This document shows positions 8,638-17,950 of a DNA stretch of 46,781 bases, in pieces. The first letter of the stretch is position 1. Every line of letters begins with the position of its first letter. Source of the stretch: Candidatus Poribacteria bacterium. Lineage in GTDB: Bacteria; Poribacteria; WGA-4E; UBA9662. Location: NCBI GenBank assembly GCA_036339735.1, contig JAYZAL010000030.1:1-46781 (forward strand). Direction: 5' to 3'. Both the position numbers and the translations under genes were made by a program. The notes below the pieces were generated by a model. It searched no databases and was not told the origin of the DNA. It saw only the letters and a program-made list of their open reading frames with translations.

Positions 8638-8967
8638 TTAACGGAGAGAAAATACCGATAATAGTACTTGGAACGGCTTTAAATTAACCGGGGTTATTCC
8701 TAGCAGTCGAGACAATAGACTGACCTGCTGCTGACTATCTATCCTAGCAATTTCTCGGCCTTTGTGTTTTATCACCAAGTGGAGACCAAGCTTACTTAGT
8801 ACTCGGTGCAACTGTGGAGCAAGTTCTTTAATGGTTACATCAAGCAGATTCATGATATCGAAACCTGATTGCAAGCTTGGCAGGTCGATTACTATCTCTT
8901 GCTTGTTGCCGAGGATTTGGATTTTTTTGTTTTCCTGACTAATTGTCAGGTTCATGTCGATGTTCAA
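8638..8967 (-). CDS. Hypothetical protein (109 aa)
   Basis: Co-oriented ORF in an apparent three-gene unit; family not recognised. Confidence 0.55.
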   Translation of the reverse strand: MNIDMNLTISQENKKIQILGNKQEIVIDLPSLQSGFDIMNLLDVTIKELAPQLHRVLSKLGLHLVIKHKGREIARIDSQQQVSLLSRLLGITPVNLKPFQVLLSVFSLR

Positions 8968-9032
8968 TTTTGATTCTTCAGTTATATTTTCGAGGTAACA
9001 TTATTAGTCGATCAGGAATATTATTTTTTTAT

Positions 9033-9311
9033 TTAGAGAGTCCGATTTGTCGACTTTTGATGATTTGATAAATTCCAGTTGATAACTGCTATTTCTAAGT
9101 CATTATTGTCGGAACGAATATCTACTCTTTGCCTACTTTTAGCGAATTCGTCACATATGCGAGACAGATTGTCTATGAAAGATGAATCGCGACTTTTGTT
9201 ATTTCTAGATTGACCATCAGCTAACATTAAGGCAATCTCGTACAGGTCTGTTGTTGGGTTATAGTTACAATTTTTGTCGTCTACTTTGTTTTGGTTTTGT
9301 TGTAATTTCAT
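9033..9311 (-). CDS. Hypothetical protein (92 aa)
   Basis: ATG-initiated ORF downstream of a predicted promoter; family not recognised. Confidence 0.45.
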   Translation of the reverse strand: MKLQQNQNKVDDKNCNYNPTTDLYEIALMLADGQSRNNKSRDSSFIDNLSRICDEFAKSRQRVDIRSDNNDLEIAVINWNLSNHQKSTNRTL

Positions 9312-9391
9312 TGTGTTTGTTGCCGAGTTTTTGTTGTTTAACGATTGATAGAATCTTATATTCAGCGGCGCTACGCTGAACGTTTTTTCAC

Positions 9392-9451
9392 TGAGGTTAA
9401 CCTCACTAACGAATCCACTTAAAATTTACCTCGTGTTAAATCGTGTTTCAA
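9392..9451 (-). promoter_or_regulatory. Putative minus-strand sigma70 promoter with a downstream palindromic operator
   Basis: TTGAAA (9451-9446), N17, TAAATT (9428-9423). Perfect palindrome TGAGGTTAACCTCA at 9392-9405. Confidence 0.45.
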
Positions 9452-9550
9452 TTTTTTTTCATAGTTAATTGAATATGCAACCAAAAATCAAGAAATTACA
9501 TAAAAACGTTAGCTTTTTCGCACAAGGGCTAACTTACGCTGGCAATTCAT

Positions 9551-10126
9551 TTAGCGAATCCGGATTAGAATTTCATTTCGGCGAAATGGTGGTAAAGCCC
9601 AAGGAGAATTATATTGCGCAACCATTGGTGGTCCTATTTGTTCTAATCCTAGTTTGGATATCTTTCGAAAAAGCTTTGCTTGATAACGAAACACACGCTT
9701 TTCTGTAGCCCATCCCCCGAACCGAATGGAAGCAACTTTATCTAGAGTCCTCTCTTCTAAATAAACATTACCACGATCAGGTTTCGGGAGACTATCTATT
9801 TCGTATTTTTTCGGCATGATGAAAAGAATTTCGTGAGTTTCAACATTTTTTTCTACCTGATGAGAAATCACTGGTGCAGTCATAGCTATCTTCATATTCT
9901 CATCGTTACCACCAAAAATGTAGTTAGCAATACTACGAAAGCCTGAGTACAAGGCTGTTCTATAAGGTTGCTCTACCTTTGTCCCTGCAATAATAACCTT
10001 AGGGTATTGACGAATTTCAACAGAACCATGTCTTTCTAGAATTTCATATTGAGGTTTTTCAATAGCCATAGTTACAGGTACAATTAAAAAAAAATAGATC
10101 CATATTTGGGTCTGTATTTTTTGCAT
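9551..10126 (-). CDS. SOUL-family heme-binding protein
   Basis: IEKPQYEIL...VEIRQYP...GFRSIANYIFGGN...KIAMTAPV...FIMPKKY...YNSPWALPPFRRNEILI. Confidence 0.93.
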   Translation of the reverse strand: MQKIQTQIWIYFFLIVPVTMAIEKPQYEILERHGSVEIRQYPKVIIAGTKVEQPYRTALYSGFRSIANYIFGGNDENMKIAMTAPVISHQVEKNVETHEILFIMPKKYEIDSLPKPDRGNVYLEERTLDKVASIRFGGWATEKRVFRYQAKLFRKISKLGLEQIGPPMVAQYNSPWALPPFRRNEILIRIR

Positions 10127-10141
10127 TGTTATATTCCTTAT

Positions 10142-11008
10142 TCAAAAAATAAATGGAACAAGTACTGCTGTGTTTTTTTTATAATCTTGATAATTATCTA
10201 AATGTCCCCACTTTTTATCAGCGCTTTCTTCTAAGAGATTGACACCACTGATCCTAGTCAGTAACAGAGTAACAAAAATCGGTGAAATCAGAGTTGCATA
10301 TTGCCAACCAGAAAGTACAGGTAGAGATATAATCGCCATCCCCGTCCAAATTAATATTTCACCAAAGTAGTTTGGATGACGAGAAATTGACCACAGACCA
10401 GAGACAATAAACATTCCTTGATTTTCAGTTTTTTTTCTAAAACGTCGTTTTTGTTCATCTGCAATCACCTCAAAAGAGAAACCAATAATCCAGATAGTGA
10501 GACCAACGAAAAACTGAAAATCGCCGAATAAATCAGAGTTATTGAGAATCAACGTGAGTGCGTTTGCTGTTGTTAAAAAAACCCATAACCCTGAAATGTT
10601 GAAAAACATTAGAAACGTGACAAAAGAATTTTTAGCATCTTCAAAGCGGCTATCTTCTCCTACTTTCAGAACTCTGATGAACAAAAATAAACCCAACCGC
10701 ATGGCCCAGACAATAACCATTACAACGACAACTTTCGAACGAAATGCCAGTGCACCAGCTGTGCTACTCACCACATAGACTGAGGTCGAAATCATGGCCA
10801 AATAGGCTATTGTTCCGGTAATGTCATAAAATTTCTCTGTCCTCATTAGATAAGAAGGGATAAATATAACCCAGTGAATTAAAAATCCAATAGAAACAAT
10901 GAACAGAAGGGCAGGAAAGCCAAGAATAGTTGGTCCATTTTGTGCCCCGGCCCAAGCAAAGACAATAGCAACCGCAACAGAAACAACCGAGCCAAGGATA
11001 TCGCGCAT
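10142..11008 (-). CDS. DUF1295 / steroid 5-alpha-reductase-family membrane protein
   Basis: TEKFYDITG, WAMRLG, GEDSRF, ADEQK, GLWSISRHPNYFGE, ISGVNLLE. Confidence 0.92.
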   Translation of the reverse strand: MRDILGSVVSVAVAIVFAWAGAQNGPTILGFPALLFIVSIGFLIHWVIFIPSYLMRTEKFYDITGTIAYLAMISTSVYVVSSTAGALAFRSKVVVVMVIVWAMRLGLFLFIRVLKVGEDSRFEDAKNSFVTFLMFFNISGLWVFLTTANALTLILNNSDLFGDFQFFVGLTIWIIGFSFEVIADEQKRRFRKKTENQGMFIVSGLWSISRHPNYFGEILIWTGMAIISLPVLSGWQYATLISPIFVTLLLTRISGVNLLEESADKKWGHLDNYQDYKKNTAVLVPFIF

Positions 11009-11010
11009 GT

Positions 11011-11742
11011 CTATTTCTGGTGCTTAAATTGAATGATATGTAATTTTTGTAATAAAAATGCGATTAAGTGTCCCAAATCCATTTCGAACCATCGGTGTGC
11101 AAAATTTCCTCGGTTCGGTGCCTGATGATGATTATTTTGATATAGTTCTCCCATCATCAAAAAATCAACAGGCAGTGTATTTTGCGAATTATCATCTCTA
11201 TCCTTAAAGTTACGGTACCCAACCAGATGGCCAAACCAGTTGACGATAAATCCGTGAATTGGACCCATGAAGATATGTAACGGAATCAACAAGAAATACC
11301 AGTGAGAAGGTGCAAAAACCCAATAGATTCCAATATAAAAAAGAACGAACAGTAACCTCAAGGGGAATAATTCAGTAACTCTTTCAAATTTAGGCCATCG
11401 TGGTACATTTTTGACCCCAATTTCATCATTCATAAATTGCTTAACAAGTTCGCTGTATTCTAACCAAGTTTTTTTGTTAAAATCAAAAATGTTGGTAACG
11501 ACTATTGGTGAGTGAGGGTCTCGCTCAGTATCAGAATATGCATGGTGTCTGCGGTGCATAACTGCGTAGGCGGCTGGATGCAAAAAAGAGGACCCTTGAA
11601 AGATAAAAGACAAAATAAAAAAGACTTTTTCACAAGTAGGACTCATTTTATACAAATTATGAGACGCGTAACGGTGCAGAAAGAAAGTTTGAAAGAACAA
11701 AGATGAATACCAATGTGCAATCAAAATAATAAAAATCGTCAT
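11011..11742 (-). CDS. Membrane acyl-CoA/acyl-lipid desaturase (delta-9-like)
   Basis: His boxes HRYASH, HRRHH, NWFGH and GELYQNNHH. Confidence 0.9.
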   Translation of the reverse strand: MTIFIILIAHWYSSLFFQTFFLHRYASHNLYKMSPTCEKVFFILSFIFQGSSFLHPAAYAVMHRRHHAYSDTERDPHSPIVVTNIFDFNKKTWLEYSELVKQFMNDEIGVKNVPRWPKFERVTELFPLRLLFVLFYIGIYWVFAPSHWYFLLIPLHIFMGPIHGFIVNWFGHLVGYRNFKDRDDNSQNTLPVDFLMMGELYQNNHHQAPNRGNFAHRWFEMDLGHLIAFLLQKLHIIQFKHQK

Positions 11743-11829
11743 AACTAAGTTATCTCACTGGAATTAATTACTAGAGACTAAATTTTGGAATAGCTATAGT
11801 AAGGTTTTATATAATCCGTTTCAAATCAA

Positions 11830-12861
11830 CTATTTAACAAATAAGTAATGCGAGACGCCCCACTCTTTTCCATGATTCATACTAAATAGTTCGGCACATG
11901 ACATGAAGAATATTCTCCACCTTTGCCACCAAACTTTAGCATTTTCTGGGCCATACGTTGATGAAAATATTCTAAGTATAGCCGTTTTGTTTTGGTCCAT
12001 TTTGCGTAACCAAGCCCAAGAAGTTTTTCCATAATGAATACCGGAAACACGCCAGACTTTTTCTATTTTCAAGTCATTTTGAAAATGTAACAACAGTCGA
12101 TGGGAAGGCATTTGTCCTCCACTGAAAAATTCCCTCCCCATCCAATCACTAGGACCATTATCTTCGAAAGGATATACTAGCGATTCATGGGAAAAAATGT
12201 GAACAAATAACTTACCATCAACTTTCAGATAATTACTAATGCGACGTAATAGTTCATCATAATTACGCATGTGTTCAAACATTTCCACTGAAACAACCCT
12301 GTCGAAAGCCTCGGACGTAGTGAAATTATTCATATCGGCTGTGACTACAGTTACATTACCATATCCATTTCGCTCGCAACGTTGTTCTATGTATTTTCTT
12401 TGGTCGTTAGAATTGCTAACAGCCATAATTTTCGCATTGGGCATGCGGGCAGCCATAAAACAGGTTAGGGACCCCCATCCACACCCTAATTCTAGAATGT
12501 CCATGCCATCTTCTAACTCTGAACGTTGACAAGTAATTTCCAACATGGCAGTTTCTGATTCGTCTAGTGTTTCCGCACCAGTAGGCCAATAGCCTGAGCT
12601 ATATTTTAGGTGCTTACCGAGCACTTGCTCAAAAAAGGCCGGTGGTACTTCATAATGCTGTTCATTTGCCTTCTCTGGAACCAGAGCTATCGGGCTTTCT
12701 GACAGCTTGTCTACCCATTCTTGGTGATAGGCTTCAACAGATTCAGGGCCAACAGCCTGTGCCCATCGTAAACGCTCCCGGCATATTGATCTTATACCGA
12801 CACAGATCAAACTATCAGGTAAAATGCCTTTCTCAGCTAATTGTATTAAAGGTTGTAACAT
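11830..12861 (-). CDS. SAM-dependent methyltransferase, CFA/coclaurine N-methyltransferase-like (start revised to MLQPLIQ at 12861)
   Basis: ANEQHYEVP, LGKHLKYSS, ILELGCGWGS, VVSVEMFEHMRNY, WRIFFMSCAELF. ATG 12861 directly follows the upstream stop at 12869. Confidence 0.88.
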   Translation of the reverse strand: MLQPLIQLAEKGILPDSLICVGIRSICRERLRWAQAVGPESVEAYHQEWVDKLSESPIALVPEKANEQHYEVPPAFFEQVLGKHLKYSSGYWPTGAETLDESETAMLEITCQRSELEDGMDILELGCGWGSLTCFMAARMPNAKIMAVSNSNDQRKYIEQRCERNGYGNVTVVTADMNNFTTSEAFDRVVSVEMFEHMRNYDELLRRISNYLKVDGKLFVHIFSHESLVYPFEDNGPSDWMGREFFSGGQMPSHRLLLHFQNDLKIEKVWRVSGIHYGKTSWAWLRKMDQNKTAILRIFSSTYGPENAKVWWQRWRIFFMSCAELFSMNHGKEWGVSHYLFVK

Positions 12862-12868
12862 GTTTGGT

Positions 12869-14140
12869 CTAGTATTCGATTCGAATGTCTTGAGCTGCGG
12901 GTTTTGAAAATACAAACTGATAATTTCCGATGTTTCTTTCTCTGAATCCAGCCTCACAGTAAGCGAAATAAAATTCCCAAATTTTGATGAATTCTTTTGA
13001 AAAACCTAGATTTTTGACAGCTACAATCTGATCTAAAAAATTGTTCCGCCAGATTTCGAGAGTGGTTGCATAATGCATTGTAATATCTTCTAGATGAGAA
13101 ATGGATAAATCAGTATACTTTTTTATTGCTTCGGTTACCTGAGCTATAGAAATTAAGCATGAGCCAGGGAAAATGTATTTTTTAATGAAATCGACAGATC
13201 GTCTGTAATCATCAAATTCTTGATCATTAAAGGTTATACCTTGTAAGCCAAATAATCCATCTGATTTAAGAAGAGATGAAACTTTCTGAAAATAGAGAGG
13301 AACGTATTCAAAACCGACAGCTTCAATCATTTCAATTGAAACAATTTTGTCATATTGCCCTGTGAGGTTACGATAATCATCCTTCAGAAGGGTAATTTTT
13401 TCACTCAAACCAGCATCTTGGATCTTCTTTTTGGCCCAATCGTATTGAGCATCTGAAATAGTGGTAGTTGTAACATGACACTCATAATTCATGACAGCAT
13501 GTATTGCAAAACTACCCCAACCACTACCAATTTCTAAAACTGAGTCCTTATTACTCAAATTGAGCTTGCGACAAATTCGGTCGATTTTTTCTATGGAGGC
13601 TTCTCTTAACGTACTAGACTGATCTACAAAGAAACCAGATGAGTACGTCATAGTCTCATCCAACCACAGCCGATAAAACTCATTGCTTAGGTCATAATGA
13701 GCTAAAATATTCTCTTTACTCCCATGTAACGAGTTTTTACGGTGCCAGTGGATAGCTATATTCAAAGGGTCAAGCATTTTTGACCATCCGGATTCTAATT
13801 TACCTAAGACTTCCTTGTTTCTTAAAACAATACGAATCAAGAGTAATAATTCATCTGTTTCCCAAAAACCCGACGTATAAGCTTCAGCTGCGCCGACTAA
13901 GCCACCACTACCTAAGAGAACATAAAATTCAGGAGATAGCACCCGCACGTTCACCCTCATTTCACTATTCCTATCCCCAAAAGAATAAACCTTGTCTCCA
14001 TCGGTAAACTCAATCAAGCCTAGTGCCAAATGCTCGAACTTTTTCAAGATGACACGTTTGAAGAAAGCAGATAGAACTCCTCGATTCCTTTCAGAAGATA
14101 GCCTTCCTGCAAGTACGTCAACGCTCCGATTATTTCTCAT
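12869..14140 (-). CDS. cfa: Cyclopropane-fatty-acyl-phospholipid synthase family (UfaM-like)
   Basis: GSKENILAHYDLSNEFY, LDETMTYSS, VLEIGSGWGSFA, DKIVSIEMIEAVG, DFIKKYIFPG, WEFYFAYCEAGF. Confidence 0.9.
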   Translation of the reverse strand: MRNNRSVDVLAGRLSSERNRGVLSAFFKRVILKKFEHLALGLIEFTDGDKVYSFGDRNSEMRVNVRVLSPEFYVLLGSGGLVGAAEAYTSGFWETDELLLLIRIVLRNKEVLGKLESGWSKMLDPLNIAIHWHRKNSLHGSKENILAHYDLSNEFYRLWLDETMTYSSGFFVDQSSTLREASIEKIDRICRKLNLSNKDSVLEIGSGWGSFAIHAVMNYECHVTTTTISDAQYDWAKKKIQDAGLSEKITLLKDDYRNLTGQYDKIVSIEMIEAVGFEYVPLYFQKVSSLLKSDGLFGLQGITFNDQEFDDYRRSVDFIKKYIFPGSCLISIAQVTEAIKKYTDLSISHLEDITMHYATTLEIWRNNFLDQIVAVKNLGFSKEFIKIWEFYFAYCEAGFRERNIGNYQFVFSKPAAQDIRIEY

Positions 14141-14916
14141 GGATCTTCAATTTTCACCTTTATTTCATTCGGATGATCGAACACATGTGCTCCCTTAGCC
14201 CATAATTTTAAGGCTTGCCAATGAATTCTAAATATGATGCGAGCAGTCATGAAAGGGAAACTCAATGTTTGTAGAACTAGGTTTTTCAAATTAAACGCTT
14301 TTCTTTCTAGTTTTAAGGTTGCATCGAAAACTTTGTTTTGGTCTTTGATGTTTTTCATGTTGACTACTAAATTTTTCCCTGGCTTGGTAAATATCCATTC
14401 GTACTGATGATCCATACCCCAGAACGGACTAACATGAAAATCCTTACTAAAACTTGCGGTCAAATTGGATTTATCATTGAGCTTATCAGATACAATATAG
14501 GAATGTCTTTCCTTCCACGGAGTATTAGTAATTTCAGCCATAATTAACTCTACATCTTGATCTGATTTGTCAAAACAATAATAAAAACTGACAGGATTAA
14601 AGCAATAGCCGAAATAACGAAGATGAGTCAGGATACGTATCGGTCCTTTTAAAATTCTGCCTGTTTTTTGATAAATAGTTGATCGAACTGCATCATCTAG
14701 AGATTGCTCTTGGTTACCATGATAATCTTCTCGGTAGAAAGAAACGACAGAAGGCGTATTTATGTTCCAAAACCATGATTTTTTCAAAATCTTTTCTACT
14801 TTAGAAATATCAAAGTACACCATGAAAATTCGGTAGCTGAAAAAATGATCGAAAGGAACAAAACGACGGTGCCGGATAGTACCAGTGTAAATATAATCAC
14901 TAACAGATAGACTCAT
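14137..14916 (-). CDS. DUF1365 protein (UfaO-like)
   Basis: GTIRHRRF, GYCFNPVSFYYC, AEITNTPWKERHSY, KDFHVSPF, IHWQALKLW. Translationally coupled to its neighbours. Confidence 0.92.
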   Translation of the reverse strand: MSLSVSDYIYTGTIRHRRFVPFDHFFSYRIFMVYFDISKVEKILKKSWFWNINTPSVVSFYREDYHGNQEQSLDDAVRSTIYQKTGRILKGPIRILTHLRYFGYCFNPVSFYYCFDKSDQDVELIMAEITNTPWKERHSYIVSDKLNDKSNLTASFSKDFHVSPFWGMDHQYEWIFTKPGKNLVVNMKNIKDQNKVFDATLKLERKAFNLKNLVLQTLSFPFMTARIIFRIHWQALKLWAKGAHVFDHPNEIKVKIEDP

Positions 14917-16160
14917 AAAGATAACCCAAAATGGTGACAGACTTCTAACGCACTTACTACGCCATCTTCGTGGAATCCATTATGCCAATATGCACCGCAA
15001 TAATAAGTATTGTTGACACCACTAATCTCTTGTTTACGTTTCTGGGCACTAACTCCCAACTCAGTAAATAATGGGTGTTCATAATCCAATTCTTTTATGA
15101 CTTTACTTTGGTTCACAATTTCATTACTGTTTAGGGTGACACAGTAGGTTTTTGCAACATCTAAGCTTTGGAGCATATTCATGTTGTAGGTCATAGCTAC
15201 AGGCCGATCGGTACTTTGATCCAGATGATAATTCCAACTAGCCCAAGCCAACCTTCGTTTTGGTAATACGGAAGTATCAGTATGTAGTAGAGCCTCATTT
15301 CGTTGATACGGTATAGCACTCAATATCTCTTTCTCTTGGGGCGAAGAATCAGATAACATACGCAAGGCTTGATTACTATGAGTTGCAATGACAACGGAAT
15401 CGAATATTTCTTCATCGTCACTCGTTCCACTTCTTATGATTACTTTCCCTTGAGACCTTTTGATAGAATTGACTGGTGTATTTAACCGGATTCGTTGTTC
15501 AAAACCTTTTATTATTTGCTTAACATATTCCTTTGACCCACCTTTTATTACCCACCAACCGCTGGTATTTGTAGTTTTTAATAGATCATGGTTACTGAAG
15601 AAACGAATATAAAAGAGTGCTGGCATATCCAACATAGATTTAGCCTTCGTAGACCAAATAGCTGCTCCCATAGGAATCGCATAGTTTTCTATAAACTCCG
15701 ACGAAAATCGGTTTTCGGAAAGGTATTGCCCTAGGGTTATATTGGGTGTCAGCCTATCTAAGTCTCTTGTTGCTTTGGCGTTAAATCGTAGAATATCCTG
15801 TAGCATTCGCCAAAAGGACGGTCGAAAAAAATTTTGCCTTTGTGCAAAAACAGAATTCAATGAATTGCCCGCATATTCGATATTTTTTGTTACCGACTTA
15901 ACACTAAATCCCATACTTGTCTTTTGCCGCTCTACATGTAATTGATCTAAAAGTTTAATAAAATTAGGGTAAGTTACTTCGTTATAAACAATGAACCCGG
16001 AGTCGACCGCGACAGTTTCCTGCCCATTAGTAATAGAATGGGTATGTGTATGTCCGCCGATATAATCATTTTTCTCGAATACTTCAACTTGATGCTTCCG
16101 ACTTAACAGATATGCAGCAGTTAAGCCAGAAATACCAGTTCCTATAATTGCTATTTTCAT
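14913..16160 (-). CDS. FAD-dependent oxidoreductase, amine-oxidase family (UfaD-like)
   Basis: KIAIIGTGISGLTAA, GGHTHT, VDSGFIVYNEVTYPNF, AWASWNY, GAYWHNGFHEDGVVSA. Confidence 0.92.
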   Translation of the reverse strand: MKIAIIGTGISGLTAAYLLSRKHQVEVFEKNDYIGGHTHTHSITNGQETVAVDSGFIVYNEVTYPNFIKLLDQLHVERQKTSMGFSVKSVTKNIEYAGNSLNSVFAQRQNFFRPSFWRMLQDILRFNAKATRDLDRLTPNITLGQYLSENRFSSEFIENYAIPMGAAIWSTKAKSMLDMPALFYIRFFSNHDLLKTTNTSGWWVIKGGSKEYVKQIIKGFEQRIRLNTPVNSIKRSQGKVIIRSGTSDDEEIFDSVVIATHSNQALRMLSDSSPQEKEILSAIPYQRNEALLHTDTSVLPKRRLAWASWNYHLDQSTDRPVAMTYNMNMLQSLDVAKTYCVTLNSNEIVNQSKVIKELDYEHPLFTELGVSAQKRKQEISGVNNTYYCGAYWHNGFHEDGVVSALEVCHHFGLSL

Positions 16161-16181
16161 TATCCAAGAGTCTTCAACTAT

Positions 16182-16721
16182 TTACCATCGCTGAGGCACC
16201 ATTTTTATCTTTGAAAGGTCATATCCAACATTTTCTAGCTTTTGAATAATTACTTTGTAGGTTTCTTTGGGAATTTGTGGCTCGCGAGCCATAATCCAAA
16301 CGAAATCCCTACTAGGATAACCAATCACTGTATAACTGTAGTCGGGATCTAGATCAATGATAAGAAAAGGCATTTTAAATGGCCAGACAAACTGCATTCT
16401 CCATTCTGCGTTTGTTTGAGAATTATGGATGAAGCCTTTTGGCCTATAAACTTTTTTCTTGCCTGAGGGGCTATCTTGAAAAAAAGAAAAGGTAGTTTCA
16501 ATTTCTCCTTGATTATTTAGTTTATAAGACTCGATTGCGTTGGTAGCTCTCTTTTCAATAAAGGTAGGAATATTAGCAATCACATACCAATCTCCCATAA
16601 ATCGATCGATATCAACATAGGGTACCGTTTGTAACGGCTCCCAACTTACCTTTGAGGTGCCACAACCAACCAACAAAAGTATAAGAATTAGTACAAGAAT
16701 TAAAGACTTTCTTACTCTCAT
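16182..16721 (-). CDS. blc: Lipocalin lipoprotein (Blc-like)
   Basis: Lipobox LLVGC; VDIDRFMGDWYVIA; LDPDYSYTVIG...WIMAREP. Confidence 0.88.
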   Translation of the reverse strand: MRVRKSLILVLILILLLVGCGTSKVSWEPLQTVPYVDIDRFMGDWYVIANIPTFIEKRATNAIESYKLNNQGEIETTFSFFQDSPSGKKKVYRPKGFIHNSQTNAEWRMQFVWPFKMPFLIIDLDPDYSYTVIGYPSRDFVWIMAREPQIPKETYKVIIQKLENVGYDLSKIKMVPQRW

Positions 16722-16738
16722 TTGTATTCCTAAATGAC

Positions 16739-17428
16739 TCAGCTATTCCTAACTCTGACCTCTTTAATAACATCACGAAATAGTCCTATAATACTTCGCC
16801 TATTAATTGCATCTACCAAAAAGTCCGGTATTGATCCGCCAGGATGCATATACAACATGTAGGAAACTTTCCATTTATTCAATTCAAATGATTCCCATTT
16901 CCAAATGCCTGCGCCTTGTTTCAGATAAGTTGTATTCTTAGATTCTATCGGTTTGTTTATTTCATAGTCTGGGTCCAACAATACCCAATAACACATTGTC
17001 GTATCATCTTGATCACCAAATGGAGTTCGGTTCATTCTAAAAAAATACTCTCGATCGTCAAAAAACGGAAAATCAACTTTAATATGCTGATAACCAACTA
17101 ACCCAATATCCGAACGTTCAACCACAAGACTTTTTAATGATTTGGCATCAGAAAGGAATGAATTATAATTTTCTACGTCCATTATAACGTCGGTAATTAG
17201 ACTTGGATCTATCTCCAATATTTTTTCTACTTTTATGGCTTCCAGTTCGGCATCATCTAATTTCTTTACACTAATGCTTATGAAGTCATTGGTTTTTTCC
17301 AAGGTTTCCCATCCAGAGTTTGTGTTTAGAACATTCAATAATGCGTAGTTTCTATCTTGTATAACCTGACCGTAAACAACAAAATTTAATAAAAGCACTG
17401 ACAAAGTCTTCAATAACAAACAGTTCAC
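16739..17428 (-). CDS. START/SRPBCC-like lipid-binding protein
   Basis: Signal-like N-terminus, FPFFDDREY and YMHPGGSIPDFLVD (START-like). First gene of the operon. Confidence 0.65.
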   Translation of the reverse strand: MNCLLLKTLSVLLLNFVVYGQVIQDRNYALLNVLNTNSGWETLEKTNDFISISVKKLDDAELEAIKVEKILEIDPSLITDVIMDVENYNSFLSDAKSLKSLVVERSDIGLVGYQHIKVDFPFFDDREYFFRMNRTPFGDQDDTTMCYWVLLDPDYEINKPIESKNTTYLKQGAGIWKWESFELNKWKVSYMLYMHPGGSIPDFLVDAINRRSIIGLFRDVIKEVRVRNS

Positions 17429-17643
17429 CCCAATTCTTGCTCTTTATGAAAAACACAGCATATAAATACCATATCAAGTGCTCCTAATTTTATTTTTTTG
17501 CAAACCAAAGAGGAAACAAAATAAATGTAGTTACAAACTTTAAAAGATAAGGACACACCACAACAAATATTCTGCAAGTATATGTACATGCAAAAATAAC
17601 CGTATAAGATTTTGAAAAATATCCAAAACACTAAATAGTAAAC

Positions 17644-17685
17644 AAAAAGCACCTATTATGCAAAAAAATATAATAAGTGCTTTTT
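17644..17685. promoter_or_regulatory. 16-bp imperfect inverted repeat (terminator or operator) upstream of the lipid operon
   Basis: AAAAAGCACCTATTAT-N10-ATAATAAGTGCTTTTT, with one mismatch. Confidence 0.45.
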
Positions 17686-17950
17686 ATTGACGAAATATTT
17701 ACTTACTAAGGCTTATGGGAACTTGAGTTGGACAACCCGAAGCTGAAGTGAAACGAAAGGGATTTATCATTGCTTATCGGAAAATCCTATAGAATACATG
17801 GTAAAAAACCCAATGTTGAGCCAAGCAAGATATCGGTTTATAAACTACTAACCATATTCAGCTAAACTCTGAAGCTATTTAGTTGGGATTTACTTTGATC
17901 ATAGCTAACTTTTAGTACTTTTAGTGTAAAATGAAGTAGGATCAACTTGA

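Noticed and set aside
12862-12957. N-terminal extension of the 375-aa methyltransferase ORF
   Set aside because: It overlaps the cfa gene by ~90 bp. ATG 12861 just after the cfa stop is the more plausible start.
17425-17652. 75-aa hydrophobic minus-strand ORF upstream of the lipid operon
   Set aside because: It has a low-complexity F/Y/I/C composition typical of AT-rich promoter DNA read as an ORF.
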